Origin: Podarcis tiliguerta
Taxonomy: Eukaryota
Length of the DNA stretch: 64,000 nucleotides
Reading direction: 5' to 3' (one strand)
Assembly (NCBI GenBank): GCA_965153285.1
Contig: OZ229113.1
This document shows positions 38,108 through 49,190 of the stretch, piece by piece. Made by a program: the position numbers and the translations under genes. Under the pieces are notes generated by a model. It was not told where the DNA came from, searched no databases, and saw only the letters and a list, made by a program, of their open reading frames with translations. How positions within the stretch are numbered: position 1 is the stretch's first letter; each line of letters begins with the position of its first letter.

Positions 38108-41100
38108 GTAAGAATTACTAATTCTATATTATGTAGAAAAGGGACATGCTTAAGGGAACCAAGCAAATGTCTGAAATGAAATTGGAACCAGGAATTTATC
38201 AGGTGCACAGCTCGTTTTCTTACTCTCTAGACTTTGTTAGCTTTCAACTGCCATGTTGGTTTCTGTCCATATTTCTGTGGTTCAGAAGAACATATGACGA
38301 ACCTCTGCACAGAGTCACCAACCTGTGCCCAAGACTGAGGGGAGCCACCGTGTGTGACACGTGTTGTGCATCTGATGTCAAGAGGAGGCCAAGTGTGGAG
38401 AGTGGCATGGCTTCTCTTTCATGCTCTGGAGGAGACAGCAACTGAAGCCACACTGTGCTAGACTTCATACTTCACCTCCTCTGCTCCCTCAATATTGAGG
38501 GGGGCTGGCCCCCTCCCAAGAGATATTTGGGGGGAGGGCAAATATACCTCGGCCCCATAGAGTTGGCACCCTTGCTGTTAGATCAGACCAATGGCCCATC
38601 TAGACCAGCATTCTGACAGCTGCCAATCAGATGCCTATGGGAAGCCCGCAAGCAGGCTTCCAGCCCAAGTGCACTCTCCCCTCTCCACAAGCGCACTCTT
38701 CATCTCAGGTGAAACCGAATACCATATGATAATCATTTCAAAAATCATACAGTATCCCCGTAAAAATAGATCTGTGGTCTCTGTGCAAAGGATATTGGAA
38801 GCTGCTCATATTGAGAACCAACTTCTTAGTCATGGGCTGCAAAGTAGACATCTGAAAGATTAGCATGGTAGCAGAAAACATCAATGTCAAAACAGTGGAG
38901 GAAAAGAAAGAGTACTTTATGGCAGATAGTAATGCTCTGTGGATCTCTGGTTCAAACATGTCTATTGAGTTCTATCTCAGATGCCACAGAGGGATGAGAA
39001 TTCAATTGCCGTAGGCAGGTATTACGTTGATTTATCTTAGCTTTTTGTGTAATTAAATGAAATTACACCCTCCGTAAGGAACTGATTATAATTAATGATT
39101 ATGGAATTCTGTATTTAATCTGTATGTCATTGACTGCAGTTATGAATCTTTTGTTCCTGGTAATTCCTGTCCATGACACCAAATTATTCCTCTTATGCGG
39201 GCTTGGTATATATAAAAGCCATTTGCAAGTGAAAACTCACTTCAGCAATTTCAGCGCAAGCCTGCTATTATCTTGCTCTTTAAGAGATTGTGTTTAGCAT
39301 GGCATGAACTATTGGTTATTGCAAAATGGAGGATTAAAAGCAACAACAGCAGATGTGCCCATATGCCACCAATCTTTCGTATTGCTTGTCTGGTGACACT
39401 TTCTTTGGGCTTACAAATCCCATGAGAATAAAATAGCTTTGAAGCTTCATAATTGTGTTGCATTTTCAGTGGGTCAATAGAGCACACAGAGAAAGATAAT
39501 GGTAGAGAGAGCCATTAAGATGAAACAGTCGCTATCACAGAGGCAGAACACAAACGGAATAGCTTATTTTTTTTATAGCTTTCTTGGGACTGCTCAAAAG
39601 CCAGGAAATTTTTTCAAAGAAGTGGAGTGCTGAATGGTTTATAGAGGTAACAGGTGAGCAAATCAACTTTAATTTTTATTCTGACCTTAAAGCAGAGACC
39701 AGAATGACAAATGGATAGATAGGATATATCTCTAAAGTTTAAGAGCCTACCTCCCACCTCAAAAAACAACAACACAGCAACCCCAGATATAATAAGCTAA
39801 GGATCTACTACTGTGTTTTCTACAAACTCTAAAGTAATATTCCAGTAAGTTTGAGCCAGTACTATATGATGAATCCCAGGGCTGACAAAAGGATTAAGGT
39901 TACATTTTCAGGTCAAGGTAAGAAAGCTTACTTGAAGCTGTGTGGAAGCAGATGGATTGATGTTGTTTCTAAAGTTGATTTTCTACAGATTTCTATGGTA
40001 TATCGGACAAGGTAACTTTGTCAATAGTCAAAAGGCAAATCCACTGTCCATGCTAGTATAATGAAAACTATCCAACTGATTAGTCCATTAGCCTAATTAA
40101 TGGGAAGACTTGATGGAATATATAATTAATTAATGTAAGATTATCTTTGCTCATCTTGTGGGATCTTCCTTTCAACTATGAAAAGAAAGACCCCTTTGCA
40201 GAAGCCTAGCTAGAATCCGAACCATAACAACCTTATGAAACAGATAGGTGCTTGCCTTAAGTGGTGAGTGATGATTTTATCCCGAGTCTCCCTAGTCCTA
40301 CTGTGGCACCTAGTCCTATTCTGAATTTGTTTTTAAGCATTCATGATAATTCCTAAAGTTAGGGTTTTATCCAGTGGTGCCTTGGAACTGAGGGAGGAAA
40401 GAAAGATGAAATCCAGTTGAATGAGTGGAAGTTGACAAACACAATGTTGGATTTCACCCTCCATTGCGATGGGAAGATTTCTTACATTTAACAAGGTAGG
40501 TCTGAGTATCAAGCCTAACTAAAGGAAGGTCTTCCAATTAGAATACATTCCACCCTTAACCAAGCACAAGGAGGTGTGGGTGCCAAATTAGCAAGTCCCT
40601 CTCCTTTTTAGCATCTCTTTGTTGTCAGATAAACCCTGGCACAGCAAATTGTTTTTCTAGGTTTAAGGCTTCATAATGGAGGATTCTGCACAGTCAAGTT
40701 ATGGCTTACTATCTCTGAATGCCCCCCCCCCCCTTCTTTTAAAAAGAAATTTAATAATTTATACCAGTGATTGCCTTCCATGAGCTGGAATGCAATAAAA
40801 CTCTGACTGAGAAAGTGGATTTAGTGCTCTTATCCCTGCTGACGTCTCAAATTTACACCACCATTTTCAGAATGTCTGAAGAGGGTTTGGGTGACACTTG
40901 ATAGAAGTGTTTGATGTATGAAACAAACAAACAAAAAGTGATCAAAGGCTTAGCAAAAGAGGAAAAAGGCAAACCACACTTCTTTGCCCTTTAGTTGCCT
41001 TTCTGTTTCCACCCACATTCCACATTTCCTTAATCTACTTACCCATTATATTTTAAAGCTTAATTTTCTAATGTTCTATTCTTTTGAGAAAGCACGTTTT

Positions 41101-41979
41101 GCACTGCGCGCATTGGGTGTACAGCTTTGAATTCTCACAATGCCATTCAAAAGGGAGTGCAGAAATTTGATTTCATTTCCTGTCATGCTCAAAAATAATC
41201 ACCAATTTCCATTTCATGGTTTGCTTTCACTTTTCCTTGACTGAGAGCTACGTTTCACCACCTCCGTTTGCAAGTGCTTGCAATTTTCTTATCTTAAATT
41301 TCCCATGCTCTAATCTCCTTTGTTTGTTTCATCAATGGCATTTTACACTGTAATCTGCATAGAATCATGCAGACCTGATTCCTATTGTGTGTGGTTATAT
41401 TGTAGTTAACACTTACACGATACTTCACAGCAGCTGGTTCTCATTGTGCATCCTTTTGGTGTGAATCTGAATGATCATCCACCCATTCATGCAAGTAGAA
41501 AGATGTTTGCTGTAAATGTTGTTGTTGTTGTTTTGAAGGGAGCACGCTTCTATTGCTACCATCATCATCAGACAAAAGGACAAAAGCAATTTTCTTTTGG
41601 CAGTTTTAGGATGAAAGCACTTCTGATTTCAATGTAGTACATCATAAGAAAAGGGCCGCGGGTTGGATTTGTGATAATATTGTTACATACGCAACTCTAA
41701 TCTCAGAGTGGTGTGAGATTCTAGGGGTAAGGATTTGATGAGTGCCTTGGGTCTTTGAACTCCATCCCACCAATTCTGCTGACCCCAGCAGAATGTTCTA
41801 ATGGCCAAATGAGCTGAGCCACAAATGCATCCTTAGAGCACCACTAAAATAGGGGGAAAGATACAAAATGATAAATAACTGACAGCTGATGAACAGTAAC
41901 AGGGTCACATGTCAGGAATCAAAACTGAAAAGATAAAAAGAAAAAGGGGTTGCATTACCTACACTTTAAAATTATACAT

Positions 41980-42345
41980 TGCGCATCAAGGCCCCGCACA
42001 ATGATGAATAAAACACATGGACACCAGTATTTTAGGTTAATGGGTGAAAAAGGCCACAACTTTTCTTGGGTACAGAATGTGAATGGTATTGGCTTTAGGC
42101 ATTGGGCCCGAAGTGACTAGATCTGACTCCCTCCCACCCTGCAGGAAGTCTCACAAGGGTTAACCACATGTAGGGGGAGCCCTGTTGATGTACATAAACT
42201 CGGAGCTCCCCCAGGGTCACCAGAAAGGTCGTGCCATGGCATTAGTAGCCACCACCCGGGCTTCAGACAGGAACCACAACCCCCAGATTCCTTTAATGGA
42301 ATACCCTTAAAGGGGAGGGGTAGATGATGGCCACAATCTCCCCTC
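41980..42345 (-). mobile_element. Truncated solo-LTR-like element, family copy 4
   Basis: Starts TGCGCATCAAGG; colinear with 2416-2780 (GGACAC..TTAGGTTAATGGG, GGGTTAACCAC, GGTCGTGCCATGGC, GATTCCTTTAA.GGAATACC, GATGGCCACA). Flanked by a ~120-bp direct repeat. Confidence 0.8.
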
Positions 42346-44289
42346 CAAAATTATAAATAACTGACAGCTGATGAGCAGTAACAGTGTCACGTCAGGTATC
42401 AAAACTGAAACGATAAAAAGAAAAAGAAAGGTTAAAGGGGTACATTACCTACACTTTTAAATTATACATTGTAAAACAACTCACTAGAGTCCTCTTAAAT
42501 TAATAGGTGAAAAGCTGCTACAGTTCTAAGTGTCCTCCAAAGGATAAGCTTTTTTTCGTACCATGAATAAGAAAGCCAACCTCATCTCAGCAAAGAGGCC
42601 GGAAGATAATGGTAATCAGCTAAAACATCTCAAGGATTTTCTGAACTTAAGAATGATTGAGCAGTAAAAAAAGTAACAGACTTTCCAAAAAATATATATC
42701 AGGATTTACCTAATGTAATCTAAGCAAATAATTTGAATCTGTATCAGGCACACACTATTAAAGATCCATAGGGAAATTATATTGCATGTGACATTTGAGG
42801 ATAAGGAGGGGAAAAAACCTGTTAATGTATTGGATATAAGGACTAGAATGCACAAAATATTAATAGAATTTGGCTTTTAGGATCACCTCCCCCCCCCCCG
42901 AAAAAAGCAGCTTTTTTTGTTTTGTTAGTGTCACCAAAGTTCTGTGCTTGATGCCTTGATGAAGAGGCTGACATCTTTCTTATCCATGCAATGTGCTTCC
43001 TTTAGAAATGGTATGCTGTGGGTTGACACAAGTAATCCCACATTAATGAAAAGGTCATTGTTCGGTTGTAGAGTCTACATGATGTGACATAACTTTTTAA
43101 AACGCTTGCAGGAATTTGGCTTTTATTCGGTTTATTTATAACATGGAACCTCCCTATTGCTTCACTAATTAAGTGTGTGTTCAGACATTCAAGATATATC
43201 ACCAGTGGTCCTTTTAACATTCTAGGTTTGCAATGTGCTTTGTCACTGCTTAAAGTGCTTTTTGGGAAGATGTCAGTTTGCCAGCCTTGAAAAGTGAGGT
43301 CTTGTTTTATAGACAACTAGGATTCAAGCAACATCATTATAAAGTTCCAAAATTGCCTTGCTAGAATGCATCAGTAATAGGTGCTGGGGGAAAGTGCTGT
43401 AGAGGAAAAGAAGGTAGTTTAGATTCACAGTTTTATTCAAAGGAACTGCAGTGACACTATGATATGAATACCAAAAGCTGTGAAGGTTCTGAAAGAGCAT
43501 CTATATGTAACATGGACATTTGTCAGGGTAATTGCCAGTGGCCTCCATTTGACATTTGTTTCTTAGTCCAAGAGGCAAATTCAAATATCTTATTTACGGT
43601 ATTAATAAAGCTATTTTTGGTAAGCTTTCTGTTTACTATTATGCTTCAATTGTATGTCCAGGATACTGGAACATAAAGGGAATATGTTTCCCATAATGAC
43701 ATACTGGATAGACTGCACACCAGTTGTAATATCTACGGTTTTGTGTGTCATGAAGCCTTAAGAATAGAACTTTCATAATATCTACCAACTTTTCTGGCTC
43801 CCCTATGACAATATAATGCCAGGGTATTGGGTTTGATCCCCATATTCCTGCATTACAGCGGGTTGGACTAGATGATCCATGGGGTCCCTTGCAACTTTAT
43901 GATTCTGTAAGTCTATGAAATTGTCACACATAGGGACAAGTATATTTGGCCTGGTTTGCAGCCTGAAGGCCAAAGCTTCCCTAGAAACTTCTTGGTCTTG
44001 GCTTCAAGGGGATGAAATTGTTCTGGTATAGTCAGGACCATTTTTCGATCCATTCTGGATTATACTGGATGTGTTCTGAAATATGTCCCCAAACAATTAT
44101 GATTTCCTAAATCCAGGGTTGGACCCAAGTCCAGCTATATTTTATTTCGATTTGTTTATTTAAAACATTTTTACTATATATAAAATAGATTGCTCTTAAA
44201 GGATCCGGCCTGAGACCAGTACAGTTTATTGGCTGACCTCCTCCTTAAATTTATATCAGATTATCCAGATGTTACCACACACCTCTCCC

Positions 44290-44500
44290 CTATAACAAAG
44301 GGCGGGCTGATTTATACCTTTGTTCAGATGTTGCGCCAATGAAATAAATCACCGCTAGTTGACAGTTTTAGCATTCTGGTCAGTGCTCCAACAGCTGGAC
44401 TCACCACCTACGCTTTGAAATATGGAGTGAGTCACAAGGTGGCAAGCTACTTTCTCAAGGTTTGTTTCAGTATTCACAACACGAGTCAGCATGCCAAAAA
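44290..44500. promoter_or_regulatory. Candidate enhancer motif cluster
   Basis: GC box 44300-44306, C/EBP- or CCAAT-like TTGCGCCAAT 44331-44340, AP-1 TGAGTCA 44428-44434, MARE-like CGAGTCAGCA 44482-44491; CpGs retained. Confidence 0.3.
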
Positions 44501-44790
44501 AATCCCTTCACAGTGGCTTTGTCAGTGTTCAATGATACAAACTGATGTTGCAAGCTGAAAGTGGAGGGGATTTCCGACCAGGATCATGGTGGGGACACAG
44601 AGGAGATAAAGTTGCTTCTTGCCACACCATGGTTCCAAAGTATCTCAAACCTCCTCAGGCTGGCTAGGGGTTGGTAAATCTGTCAATTTTTAGATTCTCT
44701 CCATTTTTCCAATCTTAAATCTAGGTTGCCACGTATCCAGTTTGCAATCCCCCATCCCCTGCAAAGTCCACCAGAATATTAGTGTGTATT

Positions 44791-45460
44791 TGCGCAGACA
44801 GGCAGAAACCCCCCCAACCCAAGGCTGGCTCCCGTGTGGAATAAAGACATGCAACACTGTGTTATGGGATTGAAATTGGCCACAACTTTATTTAAGATTC
44901 ATGTGTAGGGAGACCTTGGCTTAGGCCTTGGGCCACTCTCTATTGTGTGGGTAGGGAAGTCCCACCCCCTACCTGGCCAACTCCTCTGGCAACGCCTCCC
45001 CCACCGGGATTGGTTGACTGTCCAAGGTTGGGCGGGAACCTCCAGGTATCCAGCCTGGGGGGGCAATGCCAGGCAATAATGTTAGCTGTGTAGGATCAGG
45101 CGTGCTGCGTGCTTCCATGCAAAGTACACACCCGTATTTGATGTGGGGAGCGGTTATTCTCCTAATCCAGCGGTTCTCAACCTGTGGGTTCCCAGATGTT
45201 AATGTTGTTGGACTACAACTCCCATCTTCCCTGAGCTCTGGCCTTGCTAGCTAGGGGTGATGGGACTTGTAGTTCAACAACAACATCTGGGGACCCACAG
45301 GTTGAGAACCGCTGTCCTAATTAGTAGTGGACCTGACCTGCCACCAGCTGAGTGACTGCTGTTTACTAGGGGTGAGGTGGCAGAAAGGTTGATGCAGTGG
45401 AAACAGATGGCCAAGAGCACTGGATTGGCTCCGCCTATGTGTTCACACTACTGCTCCTGC
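44791..45460 (-). mobile_element. Solo-LTR-like element, family copy 5 (interrupted by a MITE)
   Basis: Starts TGCGCAGACAGGCAG; shares AATAAAGAC..GTTATGG..GGCCACAACTTTATT..GTAGGGAGACCTTGGCTTAGGC with copy 2 (6263). Right boundary approximate. Confidence 0.65.
45168..45314. mobile_element. hAT-type MITE
   Basis: Perfect TIRs CAGCGGTTCTCAACCTGTGGGT / ACCCACAGGTTGAGAACCGCTG; 8-bp TSD TCCTAATC/TCCTAATT; core GGACTACAACTCCCATC shared with 29846-29982. Confidence 0.93.
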
Positions 45461-46221
45461 TCTACACATTGTGTATGCAATTTTACCTCATATGCACATC
45501 TCTGCAATCAAATTTCCCTAATACACTGCATTCCTGTAAGCTATTTTCCCTAATAAATGCATTTATATGCATATTTTCCTCTGATATGCACATTTTCCAG
45601 ATGTGTATTTTTCAGATGGGTTTCAGAGAAGTGCTAGTTTTGAAGGGCAGCTATGCTTTGGTTTGCATGTTGTTCTGGGAAGCGCAAATTAGATGGAGCT
45701 GAACCAAATCCCTTCCCCCATCCTTAATGCTGACGATTCAATCTCTCACCACTATGACTCTTCTAAGGACATGAATACTATCACATCTAGTTTATTCCTA
45801 AGCAGTGAAGTTTACAATCTAAGACAATGAAATCTTGACCAATTTAGTTTTCAGATAAACATCTTCAGAAATTACATAATAAAATACAAGGGTGTCTTCC
45901 CAATACCACAACATAGTCCGTGAAATGAGTTTGCCATTGAAATTGAGGGAGTTTATCTTTGCCAGTAGGTCCTTGCTACAGGTGAGTCTAAACTACAGAA
46001 CAACAGGGTCCTATGTAGCCTGGTCTTTGTTCACATTCCTTGTAGTACATTGCCCTTGACATCACCTGCTCTATCCCAGATTCCATCAGGTCTCTGACAT
46101 GCATTTGGTTTCCTCAGTAAATCTGTATAGGCACAACATTTCTGTACTGCCCTATGTGCATGTGTATTCTAATCTGTCACAAATCAGACCTGGGAAAATG
46201 GTCTAAGAGCTGTCTTTGAAA

Positions 46222-46405
46222 AGGCCATACCTCACTGGTAGAGCATCTGCTTTGCATGTTCAATGTCCCATGTTCAATCTCCTGCATCTCTAGGTAGGAT
46301 GGAGTGTTTTCTGTCTCAAACCCTAGCGAACCGCTGCCAGTTAGTATATGCAATATTGACCTAGATGGACCAATGGTCTGACTCAGTTTAATGCAGATTC
46401 TTATG
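46222..46405 (+). mobile_element. tRNA-derived SINE
   Basis: GGCCATACCTCACTGGTAGAGCATCTGCTTTGCATG head, GTTCAATC B-box, 3' GATGGACCAATGGTCTGACTCAGT. Confidence 0.75.
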
Positions 46406-47065
46406 TCTCATGTGTATATGATACTTGGAACAAGAAAACTGTGAAAAGAGCAACCAGGAAAGGTGAAACTGCTAGAGAGCAAAGCTGTGCAGGAGAGGGT
46501 GTGGAATACACCTACATTTATCACTCAGGATGGCAGTTTGTCAGGATTAATGAGGGACATCTGTCTGCATACATTACTAACTAGGCAGTACATCCAATTG
46601 AGCTCAGTGGGGCTTACTTCTGAGTAAACATGCCTAGGCCTGTGCTGTCAGAGTAATAACTTATTGGCGGAAACCCAGCTGTGCTTCATGTAGATATAAC
46701 AAACAAGACAAAAACAAAGTTCTCATTAACCCAAGATAAATGCACAGCAAGGCAAGGAAATATAATTTCATGTTCTTTTGGATAACTGGCTCACCATGTA
46801 TTTCTTGCTATTACCACTTCTGCTTCTGGCTGGTTTTGATAAATCATCTGTACAGTTACCTTGACTATTTATGGTTTGGGCAATTGATATATAGACATAG
46901 ATTTCTATATGTATAAACTACATTACCATATTTGCGGCTTCAATTTAACTTCCATAATGTTCGATAAATGCTTCTAGAAAACACTTTACTAAACGTTGTA
47001 CTTCAGAAAAGCACCCTCAGTTCAAGTCCCCAGATTAATCAGGTTCACAAGTTTCCTAAAACAAA

Positions 47066-47525
47066 GTATCATCATCATCATCATTTATTATTTATACCCC
47101 ACCCATCTGGCTGGGTTTCTCCAGCCACTCTGGACGGCTTCCAATAAAATATTAAACTACAATAGTCTGTTAAACATTAAAAGCTTCCCTAAACAGGGCT
47201 GCCTTCAGTTGTCTTCTAAAAGTCTGGTAGTTGTTTTTCTCTTTGACATCTGGTGGGAGGGTGTTCCACAGGGCAGGTGCCACTACCGAAAAGGCCCTCT
47301 GTCTGGTTCCCTGTAACCTCACTTCTCGCAATGAGGGAACCTCCAGAAGGCTCTTGGCACTGGACCCCCAGAATGATGGGGGTGAAGACACTCCTTCAGG
47401 TATACTGGACCGAGGCCATTTAGAACTTTAAAGGTCAGCACCAACACTTTGAATTGTGCTCGGAAACGTACTGGGAGCCAATGTAAATCTTTCAAGAATG
47501 GTGTTATGTAGTCTCAGCGGCTGCT
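47066..47525 (-). mobile_element. L2 LINE 3' fragment with (GAT)n tail
   Basis: ORF 47170-47391(-): LQGTRQRAFSVVAPALWNTLPPDVKE..FRRQLKAALF; same subfamily as 9230-9722. Confidence 0.9.
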
Positions 47526-48009
47526 CCTGTCACTGGTCTTGCTACAATGCCGTGTATTTAACTTGGGTTGGGATTTAACAGATGTGACACAGAAGTTAAA
47601 AGAGAGAGGGAAAAGGACAATAAGGAAATAAACATAACATGACCATTCTATGAATGCAGGAGCCAACTGGCAATTGGTTGTACCAGGCCAGTAGAGAGGT
47701 CTCATGGTCTCACCTCTCCCTCTGATGCAGCCAAGTAGAATAGCTGCAGGTGGAAGGGGTAAGACAATGATAGTTAAACATATAGGAGTATCTGCATAGG
47801 GTACCAAGAAGCCTCCATATATAACACATCAGATACTGGAATTCTAAATTTGTGGGTGACTAGGGGATGTATCCAATGTTCTCTGTCCATGTCTTTCTGT
47901 GTGTGCAAAAGCACAGAGCAGCCATGCCCAGTTTGGGCCACACCAACCACTAGCATACAGCTTCTGGGTTTGCCATTGGTGATTGTAGCCCTTGGGTCAT
48001 AAAAGGTTA

Positions 48010-48367
48010 AAGGTACCCCTGCCCGTACGGGCCAGTCGTGTCCGACTCTAGGGTTGTGAGCCCATCTCACTTAAGAGGCTGGGGGCCAGCGCTGTCCGGA
48101 GACACTTCCGGGTCACGTGGCCAGCGTGATGAAGCTGTTCTGGAGAGCCGGCACCAGCACACCACACGGAAATGCCGTTTACCTTCCCGCTATAAAGCGG
48201 TACCTATTTATCTACTTGCACTTAGGGGTGCTTTCGAACTGCTAGGTGGGCAGGAGCTGGGACCGAAAGACGGGAGCTCACCCTGCTGTGGGGATTTGAA
48301 CCGCCGACCATGCGATCGGCAAGCCCTAGGCGCTGAGGTTTTACCCACAGCGCCACCCGCGTCCCCC
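48010..48367 (-). mobile_element. Sauria SINE, full length
   Basis: Same structure as 10343-10705; 12-bp TSD CATAAAAGGTTA at 47998-48009 and 48368-48379. Confidence 0.93.
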
Positions 48368-49072
48368 CATAAAAGGTTAGCTATCCCCAATTTGCACAAC
48401 CCAGTCTGGTATTTCCTCTTTACAGCCTTCTCTTGTGAGCTAGTACCACAATGCTACCTCCAACATATCTTTAGCCCTACTCATGTAGTTATTTCCTCAA
48501 TCAGTTCTACTCTTACTACTTCCTGCTGCAGCTCCTCTTAAAGTCAGTGAATGTGATAGTCTATATGTTCAGTACATGGCTTATTTCTTAATAAGGGCCA
48601 ACAAAGGATACTGATAGGAAATCTGGAAAGGTGTATGGTGAAAGTGAGCTTGCTTGAACATATCTATTCAAACTTCTTTTTGTTCAGCCCTGCTGGATCA
48701 GACATATTAAGATGCTTATATTTTCACAGTGCCACATAAAAATGATTCTCTTACCAGGAAGTGAGATAGGGTGGAGGAGGTCATGTTAATGGCCAGAACT
48801 AAGTATGGAGATGGCAAAATCTCTCTATCCAAGTTCAAGTTTCAGCAAGAAACATTTTCTTGGTTGGAATTATTTTCATGCTATTCTAGGCATAAGGGAA
48901 AGCAACGTTTCCCCTTGAAGGAGTTTGAGAATTGTTTTGGCATTGACCTTGACTACTAGTAAATCTGCTTCCTGACTGATTCCTGCCCTCCCCCTTGCAT
49001 CAATGGCCTGTCATAGAAAAGACCACTGTCCCACCCTACTCTAGTATACATACACCATATAGTGCTTGACTT

Positions 49073-49190
49073 ACACATGACTGCTTCTAAAGAATCCTGG
49101 GAACTGTAGCTTGTTAAGAATGCTGAGAATTGTAACTTTGTGAAGGATGAGTTACAGTTCCCAGAATTCTTTGAGGGAAGCCATGTGCTT
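49073..49190. mobile_element. Palindromic MITE-like element
   Basis: CACATGACT..AAAGAATCCTGGGAACTGTAG ... TTACAGTTCCCAGAATTCTTT..AGCCATGTG inverted arms; partial relative at ~21915-21960. Confidence 0.65.

Larger units (their letters stand above)
44665..45726 (-). mobile_element. AT-rich hAT-like element (reverse copy of 51572-51985) carrying nested insertions
   Basis: Ends TAGGGGTTGG / CCCATCCTTA; degenerate 8-bp TSD AGGCTGGC/ATGCTGAC; 44665-44790 and ~45460-45726 match the reverse complement of the family. Confidence 0.65.
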
